Shown here one piece after another: positions 18,726 through 28,772 of a stretch of 64,000 nucleotides of DNA. The stretch spans positions 6,997 through 70,996 of the forward strand of contig CAMWIM010000004.1 of NCBI GenBank assembly GCA_947174335.1, written 5' to 3'. The first letter of the stretch is position 1. Every line of letters starts with the position of its first letter. The notes below the pieces were generated by a model that worked only from the letters and a program-made list of their open reading frames with translations, ran no database searches and had not been told where the DNA came from. Source of the DNA: an uncultured Porphyromonadaceae bacterium. GTDB lineage: Bacteria > Bacteroidota > Bacteroidia > Bacteroidales > Muribaculaceae. The translations under genes and the position numbers were made by a program.

Positions 18726-20390
18726 ATGACTGAAAAAGAATTACAAACATATTTGCTAAAGAGATTTCCAAAGGAAGACTCGGGATGTGATTGGAAAGAA
18801 ATGAAAAATCTAAAAAATTCATTTGCCAACGATCCTCATAAAGATGTTATATCTTATCTTTCAGGTATCTCAAATATGGAAGGTGGGTATCTTGTTATTG
18901 GAGTAAAAGACGGAACTTTGGATATTGTAGGTACCGATTTGTCAAAATTCAATTTTAATTCTACTTCAGTAATATATAAAATGATTGAGATGTGTCCCAA
19001 TCTTCCGTCTGAAGGTCTTTTTGTTGAGGAGTATGTAACTTCTGATACTGATAAGACGGTGTGGATTATCAATATACCTAAACATCTACCGCGCCGCCCT
19101 GTATTTGCTCATAAGAAAGCGTGGCAAAGGATAGGGGACTCCCTTGTTGAGCTTACATCGGAACGTGAGAATGTCATATTGAACGAAGAGATCTTGCACT
19201 ATGATTGGTCTGCGGAAATCGTGGAGGATGCTGATTACACTGATCTTGATGTTTATGCAATTCAAAAAGCGTTGGATGGTTATTGTGAACGTTATCCTAA
19301 GAGAGCAGAAGAAGCTCGAAATTGGAGTATAGAAGTCTTTTTGGACAAAGCAAAGATTACAAAAAGCGGGAAAATAACTCGTACGGCATTACTTTTGCTT
19401 GGAAAAGAAGAGTCGGTTCATTATCTAAATCATCCTGCTGAGATGGTATGGAAACTTCAGACTGGGGAGGAACGAGCTGCCCAGATATTCTATCCGCCAT
19501 TCTTACTTACCGCTGTAAATCTACGAGCAGAAATAAGAAATTATCAAATAAAGATATTCCCCTCAAATGCATTGCTCCCATCTCCCGTGCCAAAGTATGA
19601 TCAGCGTACTCTTCTTGAAGCACTTCATAATTGTATTATGCATCAGGATTATACAAAGAAAGAACGTATAGTAGTGACCGAGACGGCTGATAGTGTGAGG
19701 TTTCAAAATGCAGGATCATTCTTTGAAGGGCGTTACTCAGACTATATTGAAGGCGAAAAGTCTCCTACAAAATATAGAAATGAATTTCTAAAAACGGCAA
19801 TGCTAAATCTTAATATGGTTGATAGTCAAGGGTTTGGAATTCACGATATGTTTGAACATCAGCGAAATCGTTATCTGCCTATGCCTGACTTCGAAAGATC
19901 CACAGAATCTCATGTTATTTTGGAAATACCCGGACAAGAAATTAATAAGGAATATTCTACTGCGTTGATGGAAAATTCAACACTTGATTTGACAACGGTA
20001 TTTCTTCTTGATAGGGTACAGAGAAATAAACCGATTAGTAAAGAGGCAAGAGATAGATTAAGGGAATTAAATCTGATAGAGGGTCGCCATCCTCATATTT
20101 TTATTAGTAGAAAGGTTGCTCAGCTTACTAATATGGAAGCTGAATATACCGATCTCAAGGGTTTTGACGATGAATATTACAAAGATCTTATTTTAAAATC
20201 AATTGGAGATCACAAAAGGCTTCGCAGAGATAAAATTGATAAGCTTTTGTATGGAAAACTTCCAAGTGCAATGAACGATCGACAAAAGAAGAATCATGTT
20301 GATTATCTTTTGAAAAGCCTTCGTAAGGCTGGAAAAATACACGTCGGGTCAAATAAGAACTGGGAGCTTGGTCCTGGGCAAGAGATATAA
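18726..20390 (+). CDS. AlbA_2 (Schlafen-like) + ATPase-like domain protein / putative DNA-binding regulator
   Basis: EDSGCDWKEMKN...SFAN...GGYLVIGVKDGTLDIVG matches the AlbA_2 signature. -7 box tatttttg at 18680-18687. Confidence 0.7.
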   Translation: MTEKELQTYLLKRFPKEDSGCDWKEMKNLKNSFANDPHKDVISYLSGISNMEGGYLVIGVKDGTLDIVGTDLSKFNFNSTSVIYKMIEMCPNLPSEGLFVEEYVTSDTDKTVWIINIPKHLPRRPVFAHKKAWQRIGDSLVELTSERENVILNEEILHYDWSAEIVEDADYTDLDVYAIQKALDGYCERYPKRAEEARNWSIEVFLDKAKITKSGKITRTALLLLGKEESVHYLNHPAEMVWKLQTGEERAAQIFYPPFLLTAVNLRAEIRNYQIKIFPSNALLPSPVPKYDQRTLLEALHNCIMHQDYTKKERIVVTETADSVRFQNAGSFFEGRYSDYIEGEKSPTKYRNEFLKTAMLNLNMVDSQGFGIHDMFEHQRNRYLPMPDFERSTESHVILEIPGQEINKEYSTALMENSTLDLTTVFLLDRVQRNKPISKEARDRLRELNLIEGRHPHIFISRKVAQLTNMEAEYTDLKGFDDEYYKDLILKSIGDHKRLRRDKIDKLLYGKLPSAMNDRQKKNHVDYLLKSLRKAGKIHVGSNKNWELGPGQEI

Positions 20391-20419
20391 AGGTCGTTAA
20401 CCGCTGATTATAAATTTTT

Positions 20420-20463
20420 CCGCGAACTTTCCGCGAACTTTCCGCGAACTTTCCGCGAACTTT
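20420..20463. repeat. perfect 4 x 11-bp tandem direct repeat (ccgcgaacttt)
   Basis: Read directly from the sequence: four identical units, 30 nt after the stop codon of 18726..20390, between convergent genes. Confidence 0.95.
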
Positions 20464-20591
20464 TATTGGCAAAGTATGCGGTTTTAGCTGTAAAGAGGCT
20501 TGTTAAGAGAGATTTATATTGGAGAGTCCTTAAAAAATTAAGCCATTAATTCCGCAAACAATTTAGCCTTACACCAAAAGAAAAGCTCTTT

Positions 20592-21206
20592 TTAATTTAT
20601 TGTCATTGGAGGTCGTTCGGTAAATTTTGAGGCGATAGTGTCGGCCAATTGGATTAGAGTTACAAGAGGATAGAGCTTTTCAGCGGTGCGGAATGAGTTG
20701 CGTTCTTCGTTATCTGACTGATTGACGCTCCAAGCACCCATGTGCCAGCGAATTGCGCTGATCTCTGCATCGGTTAGCCCGAATCCCATTCTTAGAAGCA
20801 TTACAACCGATTTTTCGCCGTGACCGATTGGGAGAGCACCCGGGTCAGTGCCAAATTCGGCTTGCCCAAACTCGATTTGGGCACCGCGTTTGCGGTGATA
20901 AATATCGCTTTTACACATATCATGAAGCAGACTTGCGACAATGATACTTTCATCGCTGATATTGTCAAAAATATCAGGACGCTCGGTCATAAAAGTCTTT
21001 TTCAGCGTGAGTGCCGCCTCACAAACGTTTAACGAATGACACATTAAACCACCCTCAAAACAAAGATGATTTTTCATTGATGCCGGAGCTGTGAAAAATC
21101 CTGAATTTTCGAGTTCTTCAAGAAAATAATCGATGTCGTCGATTCCTGTAGATTTCAATAAATCAATAATTCGGTTTTTGACTTTTTTCAATTCTTCTTT
21201 ATCCAT
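20592..21206 (-). CDS. HD-domain phosphohydrolase
   Basis: H...HD motif (ASLLHDMCK) and downstream His/Asp residues. -7 box (rc caaaatta) just upstream. Confidence 0.8.
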   Translation of the reverse strand: MDKEELKKVKNRIIDLLKSTGIDDIDYFLEELENSGFFTAPASMKNHLCFEGGLMCHSLNVCEAALTLKKTFMTERPDIFDNISDESIIVASLLHDMCKSDIYHRKRGAQIEFGQAEFGTDPGALPIGHGEKSVVMLLRMGFGLTDAEISAIRWHMGAWSVNQSDNEERNSFRTAEKLYPLVTLIQLADTIASKFTERPPMTIN

Positions 21207-21329
21207 ATCAAATTTCTTTTTTGCAAAATTAAAAAAATAACTTGGAAATAGAAGAATATCTGATATTTAGATGACATATGAACTTAAAAAATTCGGAATT
21301 TCTGAAAAGTATAAACAGGTTGAAAGTAT

Positions 21330-21372
21330 AATTAAAATAAATAGCGCTTCTAAAGTTTTACTTTAGAAGCGC
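21330..21372 (-). terminator. intrinsic terminator of the 21394..21972 gene
   Basis: 12-bp perfect stem gcgcttctaaag/ctttagaagcgc (21344-21372). Followed on the minus strand by UAUUUAUUUU. Confidence 0.75.
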
Positions 21373-21393
21373 ATATTCAATTAAATGAGCTAT

Positions 21394-21972
21394 TTAGTGA
21401 TCCCATTCAAGACCTTCTGTTTTGAAATTAAAGGTTCGAGTTCCTTCGCTGAAAAATTCAGCATTGATTTTCATTGTACGTGATTCTTTTATTTTATTGA
21501 GTACTTTATTATAATTATCAATGAAAAGGAGATCTGTGCTATAATCTGAAGGTTGAATGCAATGAACAATAATAGGCTCATTATCATCAAAACGTACTTT
21601 AATATTTGTCCCGTTAATACCTGGATTAAATTGTCCCTTGGAGATTTTTATATAAATATTTTTCCCATATTGAGGACTATTTCGGATTGTAAGGGTAAGA
21701 CTACTGCCTCCATTGTAAGGAAAATCAAACTCAACTTCATTTTCTGACTCAATAGAAGCATAGTAAGTAGTTTTATCTGTCATTTCGTCAATGGACTGAT
21801 GATATTCCCAAGCTGTTTTTTTAGCTTTATTTAATTGAGGATCCTCCTTTGTCAAACTTGAGTCCGAGCTACTTTCAGAAGTTGTTTCACTTGAAGAGTC
21901 GTCAGAGGTACATAAGGCGAAAGCAAACAAAACTACTAAAAAACATAGAATTGGTAGAAGAAATTTCTTCAT
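21394..21972 (-). CDS. small lipoprotein of unknown function with a Ser/Asp/Glu-rich linker
   Basis: MKKFLLPILCFLVVLFAFALC signal and lipobox, then a low-complexity TSDDSSSETTSESSSDSS linker. Confidence 0.7.
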   Translation of the reverse strand: MKKFLLPILCFLVVLFAFALCTSDDSSSETTSESSSDSSLTKEDPQLNKAKKTAWEYHQSIDEMTDKTTYYASIESENEVEFDFPYNGGSSLTLTIRNSPQYGKNIYIKISKGQFNPGINGTNIKVRFDDNEPIIVHCIQPSDYSTDLLFIDNYNKVLNKIKESRTMKINAEFFSEGTRTFNFKTEGLEWDH

Positions 21973-22346
21973 GGCTGTTTATGGTGCCTTCGGACTCCCC
22001 TCGTTGGCATTTATCAGATTATAAAAAGAGAGCGTGAGAGCCGTACCTGCTGCTCGTTCCACAATTGGAGGCCTTCGCATTGCCCGGTTAGTTGAACGAG
22101 CAACTGCAGAAGCCTCACGCAGAATATGCCTATACAATAACATATGGTACTCACGCACCAATTGTTATTGGAATGTACATATCCACAAGACATCTACCGT
22201 TGCTACAATCCTGACTAACCTAAGAAAGTTGCGAAGTTTCCAATTGTCAAGAAAGAGCGTCGAGTAAACGCTATCTAAAAATGTTAGCCGACCCTCCCGC
22301 ATTTCCCATACCAAGGCTTCTGCGTTTAGATCTGCGGTGCAAAGTT
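21973..22346 (-). promoter_or_regulatory. structured 5' leader, copy B
   Basis: The -7 box TAACTTTG is the rc of 22339-22346. Small hairpin at 22255-22271. Box gttgcgaagtt at 22227-22237. Long hairpin at 22031-22119 with apex aggccttcgcattgcc at 22068-22083. U-rich tract is the rc of 22022-22030. Confidence 0.7.
22022..22119 (-). terminator. terminator-like long hairpin + U-tract inside leader B
   Basis: GCGTGAG (22031-37) pairs with CTCACGC (22113-19). Inner stem ctgctcgttc/gaacgagca. Followed on the minus strand by UCUCUUUUU. Confidence 0.55.
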
Positions 22347-22591
22347 AGATAAATTTTATTATTCCACAAATATTAAAATTTAAAATTATTGGTAAATAAA
22401 TATATTTAAGGTGGGATATTGTGTCATTTTTCGCGAACTATTTTGAAAATATAAAAAGAATGTTGTAACTTTGTGGTCGAAAATAGAATATCGCACTTTT
22501 TAATTCGATAACTCAAGGGGTCTTCGCCTTTCACGGCCGAGATTCTTTATTTTTTTACTATTTACGAAAAAACAAAAAAACAGATAAAACT

Positions 22592-23062
22592 ATGGCAATT
22601 ACTTTTATGACAAAAGAGGGCTATAAGAAAAAAATGGAAGAAATAGCCTATCTTGAAAATGTAAAACGTCCTGAAATATCGGCTGCTATCGCTGAAGCTC
22701 GTGACAAAGGTGACCTTTCGGAAAATGCCGAATATGATGCCGCTAAAGAGGCTCAGGGTATGCTTGAAATGAAAATTTCACAGCTTAAAGACCTTGTGGC
22801 TAACGCTCGTATTTTGGACGAAAGCAAACTTAACACCGACGTTATTCAAATTCTTAACCGCGTTAAACTCAAAAACTTGACAAAAGGTGTTGAACTCGAA
22901 TACACAATCGTGGCTGACAGCGAAGCTAATCTCAAAGAAAAAAAAATCGCTTCGTCAACTCCTATCGCCCAGGGTCTTCTCGGTCACAAAGTTGGTGACG
23001 TGGTCGAAATCAAGGTTCCTGCCGGAGTCATGAAATTTGAGATTCTCGAAATCGGCTTCTAA
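22592..23062 (+). CDS. greA: transcription elongation factor GreA
   Basis: 156 aa. Contains AEARDKGDLSENAEYDAAKEAQ, the GreA coiled-coil signature. Confidence 0.95.
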   Translation: MAITFMTKEGYKKKMEEIAYLENVKRPEISAAIAEARDKGDLSENAEYDAAKEAQGMLEMKISQLKDLVANARILDESKLNTDVIQILNRVKLKNLTKGVELEYTIVADSEANLKEKKIASSTPIAQGLLGHKVGDVVEIKVPAGVMKFEILEIGF

Positions 23063-23074
23063 AAATTATCGTTT

Positions 23075-23470
23075 ATGGCATCAATCTTTTCACGCATCAT
23101 CGCCGGCGAAATTCCTTGCTACAAGGTTGCCGAAGACGATAAGAATTTTGCATTTCTCGACATCAATCCCGTTGCGCCGGGTCATGTTTTGGTCGTTCCT
23201 AAAAAGGAAGTTGATTATATCTATGACCTTGACGAGGATGATTATGTTTCGCTCGAACTTTTTGCTGCAAAGGTAGCTCGTGCAATAGTCAAAGCAATCC
23301 CATGCAAACGGGTTGGCTCGGCTACAATCGGACTTGAAGTTCCGCACGCCCACATCCACCTCATTCCAATCAACAAAGAATCGGATATGAATTTTTTCAG
23401 CGAGAAAGCTAAATTGTCTGAGGCTGAAATGCAACATATCGCCGACTCAATTGCCGAACAGATTCAATAA
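23075..23470 (+). CDS. HIT (histidine triad) family protein
   Basis: FLDINPVAPGHVLVVPK and the HAHIHLIP histidine-triad motif. Confidence 0.9.
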   Translation: MASIFSRIIAGEIPCYKVAEDDKNFAFLDINPVAPGHVLVVPKKEVDYIYDLDEDDYVSLELFAAKVARAIVKAIPCKRVGSATIGLEVPHAHIHLIPINKESDMNFFSEKAKLSEAEMQHIADSIAEQIQ

Positions 23471-23488
23471 TTTTTAAAACTATACCAG

Positions 23489-24574
23489 ATGAAAAAAACT
23501 TTCTCCAAAACAGTCACCAGCCTTGGCTTGGGCGTTGCCGTTATGATGACAATGACAAACTGCGGCTCAAAAAATGAGTGGAAGGTTAAAGGCTCAATCG
23601 ACAGCGCCGCTGATCAACTTGTTGTTCTTGAAGCATCTAACAACGGTTATTGGTATGCCCTCGACACAATTTCAGCCGACAAAAACGGTAAATTTTCATT
23701 CACTCGTGAGGCAGCCGGCTATCCCGACGTTTATCGTCTTACAATCGGTGACAACTCAATATATTTCCCTGTTGACAGCATCGAAACCGTAACAATCACA
23801 GGCTCAAACGGCGTTGTTGACATACAGGGCGCAGAATCGGCAGACGCTTTTATGCGTGTTGACAAACTTGTCAACGATGCTGTCGTAAAATCGGGCGTAA
23901 CTGCTTTGAATGATTCTGTCCTTAAACGTCAAATCGGACAAATTATTTTGGAAAATCCGGCTGGAATCGCCGCCTACTATGCAATCAACAAAAAAGTAGG
24001 TGATACTCCATTGTTTAACGTTGCCGACAAAGCTGACCTCCGCATCATCGGTGCTGTTGCAAATGCGTTCAACTCACAGCGCCCCGGCGATCCCCGTACA
24101 ACCTACCTCCGTTCGATTTATCTATCAAACCGATCTTCACAGACTCCCGGAGTCACAATCGAGGCGTCAGAACTGCCGTTTATTGACATAGATCTTCTCG
24201 ATCGCGATGGTAAAAGTGTGAAGTTGAGCGATATCGCAGGCAACGGTAAGGTTACATTGGTATGCTTCACCGCGTTAACTGCTGAACAGTCTCCTGCCCT
24301 TAACCTCGAACTCGGTAAAATTTACAGCGATCTTTCTCCCAAAGGTCTTCAAATCTATCAGGTTGGCTTTGATCAGGACGAATTTGCATGGCGCCAGTCT
24401 GCCAAAAACCTCCCGTGGATTTCGGTTTATAATGGTGCAACAAACGGCGAAGTGCTGATGAAATACAATGTTGGCAGTCTCCCCGCAATGTTTATCCTTG
24501 ACCGTCAGGGCAATTTGGTAGAGCGTGTTGACAACATGCCAAACCTACGTCCGCTTGTCAATAAATATCTTTAA
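23489..24574 (+). CDS. thioredoxin-fold (TlpA/AhpC-like) lipoprotein lacking the CxxC motif
   Basis: Lipobox TNCG. C-terminal Trx-like region (KVTLVCFTALTAEQSPALN...LPAMFILDRQG), but no Cys pair where WCxxC is expected. Confidence 0.65.
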   Translation: MKKTFSKTVTSLGLGVAVMMTMTNCGSKNEWKVKGSIDSAADQLVVLEASNNGYWYALDTISADKNGKFSFTREAAGYPDVYRLTIGDNSIYFPVDSIETVTITGSNGVVDIQGAESADAFMRVDKLVNDAVVKSGVTALNDSVLKRQIGQIILENPAGIAAYYAINKKVGDTPLFNVADKADLRIIGAVANAFNSQRPGDPRTTYLRSIYLSNRSSQTPGVTIEASELPFIDIDLLDRDGKSVKLSDIAGNGKVTLVCFTALTAEQSPALNLELGKIYSDLSPKGLQIYQVGFDQDEFAWRQSAKNLPWISVYNGATNGEVLMKYNVGSLPAMFILDRQGNLVERVDNMPNLRPLVNKYL

Positions 24575-24648
24575 TCGTCAGTCCCAATCAAACCATAGGG
24601 CATGTTGATATGTTATTTTGATATAATAACCCAAAATTCAGTTTATTT

Positions 24649-25614
24649 ATGTCAAGCCTCATATCAACAGCAGCGGTTGCTCATCGTAAAACCGTAAAAA
24701 GATCAACAACTGCTTCACCTCTTAAATTTAAAAAGATAACGCTCGCCGATCTCCCTGAAATCAATCGCATACTTCAGGAATCAAAGAGCCGTACGTGTGA
24801 CTGTACTATCGGCGGTATATTTATGTGGATAGACTATTTTGATTATAGTTATTGCATTTATCGCGATACACTCTTCATCAAAGGTGTTTCTGAACTCTAT
24901 CCCAACAAGCCTGCATTTTCATTGCCTCTCGGTAAAATGGATATTGCTCACGCCATAAACTTGCTCAAACAATATTGTTATGAGAACAAACTTGAGCTTC
25001 GTTTTTCGGCAATCCCCGAGGATTGTCTCGATGAATTCCGTTCGGTTGGCGTCCGTGATACCGAGCAACTTGTTGACTGGGGTGATTATCTCTACGATAT
25101 TCATACGCTTGCGACCCTCTCAGGTAAGAAAATGTCTAAGAAGCGTAATCACGTCAACAAGTTTGAGATTGAAAATCCCGGATATAGTTTGGTGGCAATC
25201 ACTCCCGAAAATGTGCATAGACTGAGGGTTGAATTTGATTCGTGGTCATCGCCTGAAGACCTAGACCGCCCGACAGCAGTCGAAGAACATCGCCAGGTTG
25301 TGAATGTACTCGAAAATCTCAATTGCTATCCGTTTGAAGGCTTGATTCTTCTTGATAAAGACCATCATCCTGTGGCGTTTACGCTCGGTGAAGTTATCGG
25401 TGATACGCTCTTCGTTCATATCGAAAAGATGCGTCACGATGTTGCCGGAGCAGGCGAGATGATTAATAAATCGTTTGCCGGCTATATGCTTGAACGTCAT
25501 CCCCAATTGAGATATGCCAACCGCGAGGAAGATACCGGTGATCCCGGATTAAGAAAAGCCAAAGAATCATATCATCCCGAAATGATTCTCACAAAATATG
25601 ACATTGTAGTCTGA
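24649..25614 (+). CDS. DUF2156-like (phosphatidylglycerol lysyltransferase C-terminal-like, GNAT fold) protein
   Basis: General resemblance to DUF2156 proteins in length and the SGKKMSKKRNHVNKF segment. The family assignment is from memory. Confidence 0.55.
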   Translation: MSSLISTAAVAHRKTVKRSTTASPLKFKKITLADLPEINRILQESKSRTCDCTIGGIFMWIDYFDYSYCIYRDTLFIKGVSELYPNKPAFSLPLGKMDIAHAINLLKQYCYENKLELRFSAIPEDCLDEFRSVGVRDTEQLVDWGDYLYDIHTLATLSGKKMSKKRNHVNKFEIENPGYSLVAITPENVHRLRVEFDSWSSPEDLDRPTAVEEHRQVVNVLENLNCYPFEGLILLDKDHHPVAFTLGEVIGDTLFVHIEKMRHDVAGAGEMINKSFAGYMLERHPQLRYANREEDTGDPGLRKAKESYHPEMILTKYDIVV

Positions 25615-25656
25615 CACGACTGTCGACAATAAACCAAACCGTTTCAACAAAATCAA

Positions 25657-26577
25657 ATGACTGACACTATTACACATCTGACTGATTCAGAAATCGTTGC
25701 CCAAGGACGAAAAGTTACTTGGATAGGATTTGGTGTCAATGCTGTGCTTGCATTTTTAAAAATCATTGCCGGTATTTTCGGACGTTCGACAGCTATGCTT
25801 GCCGACGGTGTTCACTCGCTTTCTGATTTTGTTACGGACGTCATCGTGATTGTGTTCATGGGGTTGTCACGCCGAAAGGCTAACAGTAAATATTCTTATG
25901 GACACGGCAAATATGAGACTTTTGCCACAATGATTGTGTCGTTCTTCCTCATCGTTGTTGCCATCGGGTTCTTTGTTGACGGTGCTCAAAAAATTTGGGA
26001 TTCAATACACGGGCATGAAATTGCACGTCCCGGAATGGTTGCGCTTGTAATGGCGGTTATATCCATTGCGTCAAAAGAGATTTTATTCCATTACACACGC
26101 TATGTCGGACGCCGAATAAATTCTCAGTTGATTATAGCTAACGCTTGGCACCATCGCAGTGATGCTCTGTCGTCAGTTGCCACTTTGCTCGGTATTGCCG
26201 GCGCAATGTTCCTCGGTCCGTCATGGCGTATTCTCGACCCGTTGGCGGCAATGCTTGTGAGTGTCTTTATTGTGATTGTGTCAATCAAACTTGCAGCCCC
26301 GGCAATAAAAGAGTTGCTCGAAGCATCTCTCCCCCCTGATTTAGTCAAACAAATCGACACCATTGTTGCAAATACAAAGGGCGTCAAATCATATCACAAA
26401 GTTAGAAGTCGTCGAAACGGCAATACCGATATTGTCGACCTTCATATTCAGGTCGATCCCGACATTACAGTCAAGCAAGGTCATGATATTGCCACCGACT
26501 GTGAGCGGCATCTAAAAAAACTTCTTGGTAAGTCGGCTATTATAAACATCCATGTCGAACCATATCATTCTCATTAA
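25657..26577 (+). CDS. cation diffusion facilitator (CDF) family metal efflux transporter
   Basis: ADGVHSLSDFV and HHRSDALSS motifs. Six TM segments plus a C-terminal cytoplasmic domain. Confidence 0.9.
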   Translation: MTDTITHLTDSEIVAQGRKVTWIGFGVNAVLAFLKIIAGIFGRSTAMLADGVHSLSDFVTDVIVIVFMGLSRRKANSKYSYGHGKYETFATMIVSFFLIVVAIGFFVDGAQKIWDSIHGHEIARPGMVALVMAVISIASKEILFHYTRYVGRRINSQLIIANAWHHRSDALSSVATLLGIAGAMFLGPSWRILDPLAAMLVSVFIVIVSIKLAAPAIKELLEASLPPDLVKQIDTIVANTKGVKSYHKVRSRRNGNTDIVDLHIQVDPDITVKQGHDIATDCERHLKKLLGKSAIINIHVEPYHSH

Positions 26578-26605
26578 ACACCTAACATTCAACATTATAC
26601 TTACG

Positions 26606-28120
26606 ATGAAATCCCGCTTCAGACATTTGGTTTTGGGAACTGTGGCAGCGATTATCGCAGTCACATCTTTTTCATTTCTTTTTTCAAGTTGTAGCAAAGA
26701 AGATGGTAACCTTCTCGATAACGTACCTTACAATTCAAAGGTTATCGCTACGGTTAACCTCGACTTGATTCTTAAAAACGCTGGTTGTCAGTTTAGAGAC
26801 GGTACAATTTTGCTCTCAAACGATCTTGCTGTTTTGCGCGACCGTTATTTTCAGGATCGCTCGACAGCTGTCAATATGGTTTTGTTGACCGCCTCGACTG
26901 TTGACTTAAAAAAGGTCGTTATATATCAGCTTGATAATCTCGACCCGGTTTTGACATTTAGAATCAAGAACAAAGATATTTTTACCGCACTTGCAACCGG
27001 AGCTGCCGGCAAAATGGAGTCGATAGGTAAATTTGATGTTTTTGAACTTGAAAAGTGTGTAATCATGACCTCGGGTAACATCGGTTGGCTTTCGTCGTCA
27101 GTTACTAATATAGAAAAATCACTTGCGCCGAATAAAGGAAAGAAGCATGAAGGCTTCAATAATGCTAAAAACATCATTGACTCTTCTGACAAGGCGGTAG
27201 CTATGGCTATCAACCTTCATCAAAGCATTGATGCCGCGCCCGACAACGGAGTTGTTCAATATTTTAAAAATACTTGGGTTATCGGCGAAGTAAATCTTGC
27301 CGACAATATCCTTGGGCTCTCATTCAAGGCTATCGACCGTGGCGGTGAGGCTCTTGACATCAGCCCCTATATCGGTGAAATCGACCCTGACTTTTTAAGA
27401 TATACTCCCGACAATACTCAGCTTCTTTTTACGATCGGAAGTGTTAACGGTATTGATGAATTATATACCAAAATCCGCACGGCTCTATCCCCCGAAGTCC
27501 GTGAGTCAATCGACCGTTTCCTCCCTTACATCAAGGAAATAGACGGTACAACCTCGGTTGCAGTCAACCCGGTTGCAACCGGCAGCAGTCTGACCGACTT
27601 CTCGCTTGACACATGGGATGCAACAATTATGACACATCTGCCTCAGCACAGTGTTGACGGTATCGTCACAATGATAGGACACCTCGGCACACTTACCGGA
27701 CAAGCTCCGTCTGATGATGAACAACCCTCGTTTACAATTGGAGACAAAGAGGTTTTCTATGGCAATTACGACGGCTATCTCGCATTTTCAACTCGTCCTA
27801 TTTCAGCCGATTATAATAATTCGTTTACTACCGTTGTATTAGGTAGTCGCGCTCTTTTCATGCTCGATATACCCTATAAAAGTGAAACGATGAAGGCGTT
27901 TGATTTACCTTTTGGCTTCTACATGTCGCTCCGCCTTGAAAATACTTCGCTTAATGGTCGATTGAAATTCAACGGCACAAATGCACCGTTCCTCAGTGCG
28001 TTGGCATCGGCAATGGTTTCCTATGCTCGTGCCAATCCGTTGCCCGACATCGTAACTGAAACAGTTACTGATGAATATCACGACGATTCAATGATTGAAG
28101 ATGAACTCCAGCCTCTCTGA
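26606..28120 (+). CDS. lipoprotein of unknown function
   Basis: An internal ATG gives MKSRFRHLVLGTVAAIIAVTSFSFLFSSC (signal plus lipobox). Confidence 0.6.
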   Translation: MKSRFRHLVLGTVAAIIAVTSFSFLFSSCSKEDGNLLDNVPYNSKVIATVNLDLILKNAGCQFRDGTILLSNDLAVLRDRYFQDRSTAVNMVLLTASTVDLKKVVIYQLDNLDPVLTFRIKNKDIFTALATGAAGKMESIGKFDVFELEKCVIMTSGNIGWLSSSVTNIEKSLAPNKGKKHEGFNNAKNIIDSSDKAVAMAINLHQSIDAAPDNGVVQYFKNTWVIGEVNLADNILGLSFKAIDRGGEALDISPYIGEIDPDFLRYTPDNTQLLFTIGSVNGIDELYTKIRTALSPEVRESIDRFLPYIKEIDGTTSVAVNPVATGSSLTDFSLDTWDATIMTHLPQHSVDGIVTMIGHLGTLTGQAPSDDEQPSFTIGDKEVFYGNYDGYLAFSTRPISADYNNSFTTVVLGSRALFMLDIPYKSETMKAFDLPFGFYMSLRLENTSLNGRLKFNGTNAPFLSALASAMVSYARANPLPDIVTETVTDEYHDDSMIEDELQPL

Positions 28121-28772
28121 AAAATCTGTCATTGACAAAATTTTCCTGAATCGGGTCGTTCCCGATGCTTTTGCTGCGTCGTGTCCTCAATCTGAAATTT
28201 GGAATCGCGAATTCACGTTTGAACGTGGTAAGTTTTATCGTGTCGATGCGTTGTCGGGCGGTGGTAAATCATCGCTGTGCGCCTTTATTTACGGACTTCG
28301 TAACGACTATTCCGGCTCAATTTTCATCGGTGATAAAAATGTGGAATCGTTAGACGGTGAACATTTGTCGGCGATGCGTACCCTCAATATCGCCTATCTC
28401 CCTCAGGATCTTGCACTTTTCCCCGAACTGACTGCCGGGGAGAATATTCAAATAAAAAACTCGCTGACAACCCATAAGACCCGACAGCAGATTAATGAAA
28501 TGGCTCGTTCGCTTGATGTTGACAGCTTGATGAACCGCAAGGTTTCAACTCTTTCAATTGGTCAGCAACAGCGTGTTGCCATTATCCGTGCCTTGTGCCA
28601 GCCCTTCGATTTCATATTGCTTGATGAGCCTGTCAGTCACCTTGATAATGAAAACAATTTTGCTGTGTCTCAGCTTGTTGTCAGTGAATCTATAGCCAAC
28701 GGAGCTGCTATTATCTCAACTTCGGTGGGTAACAACCTGATGATTGATAATCATTTCATCGTTAAGCTATGA
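28095..28772 (+). CDS. ABC transporter ATP-binding protein
   Basis: Walker A-like SGGGKSS. Signature LSIGQQQR. Walker B ILLDEP. Confidence 0.8.
   Translation: MKMNSSLSEKSVIDKIFLNRVVPDAFAASCPQSEIWNREFTFERGKFYRVDALSGGGKSSLCAFIYGLRNDYSGSIFIGDKNVESLDGEHLSAMRTLNIAYLPQDLALFPELTAGENIQIKNSLTTHKTRQQINEMARSLDVDSLMNRKVSTLSIGQQQRVAIIRALCQPFDFILLDEPVSHLDNENNFAVSQLVVSESIANGAAIISTSVGNNLMIDNHFIVKL

Noticed and set aside
20420-20463. Tandem repeat as a mini CRISPR array
   Set aside because: The 11-bp units are contiguous with no spacers, far too short for CRISPR repeats, and there are no cas genes.
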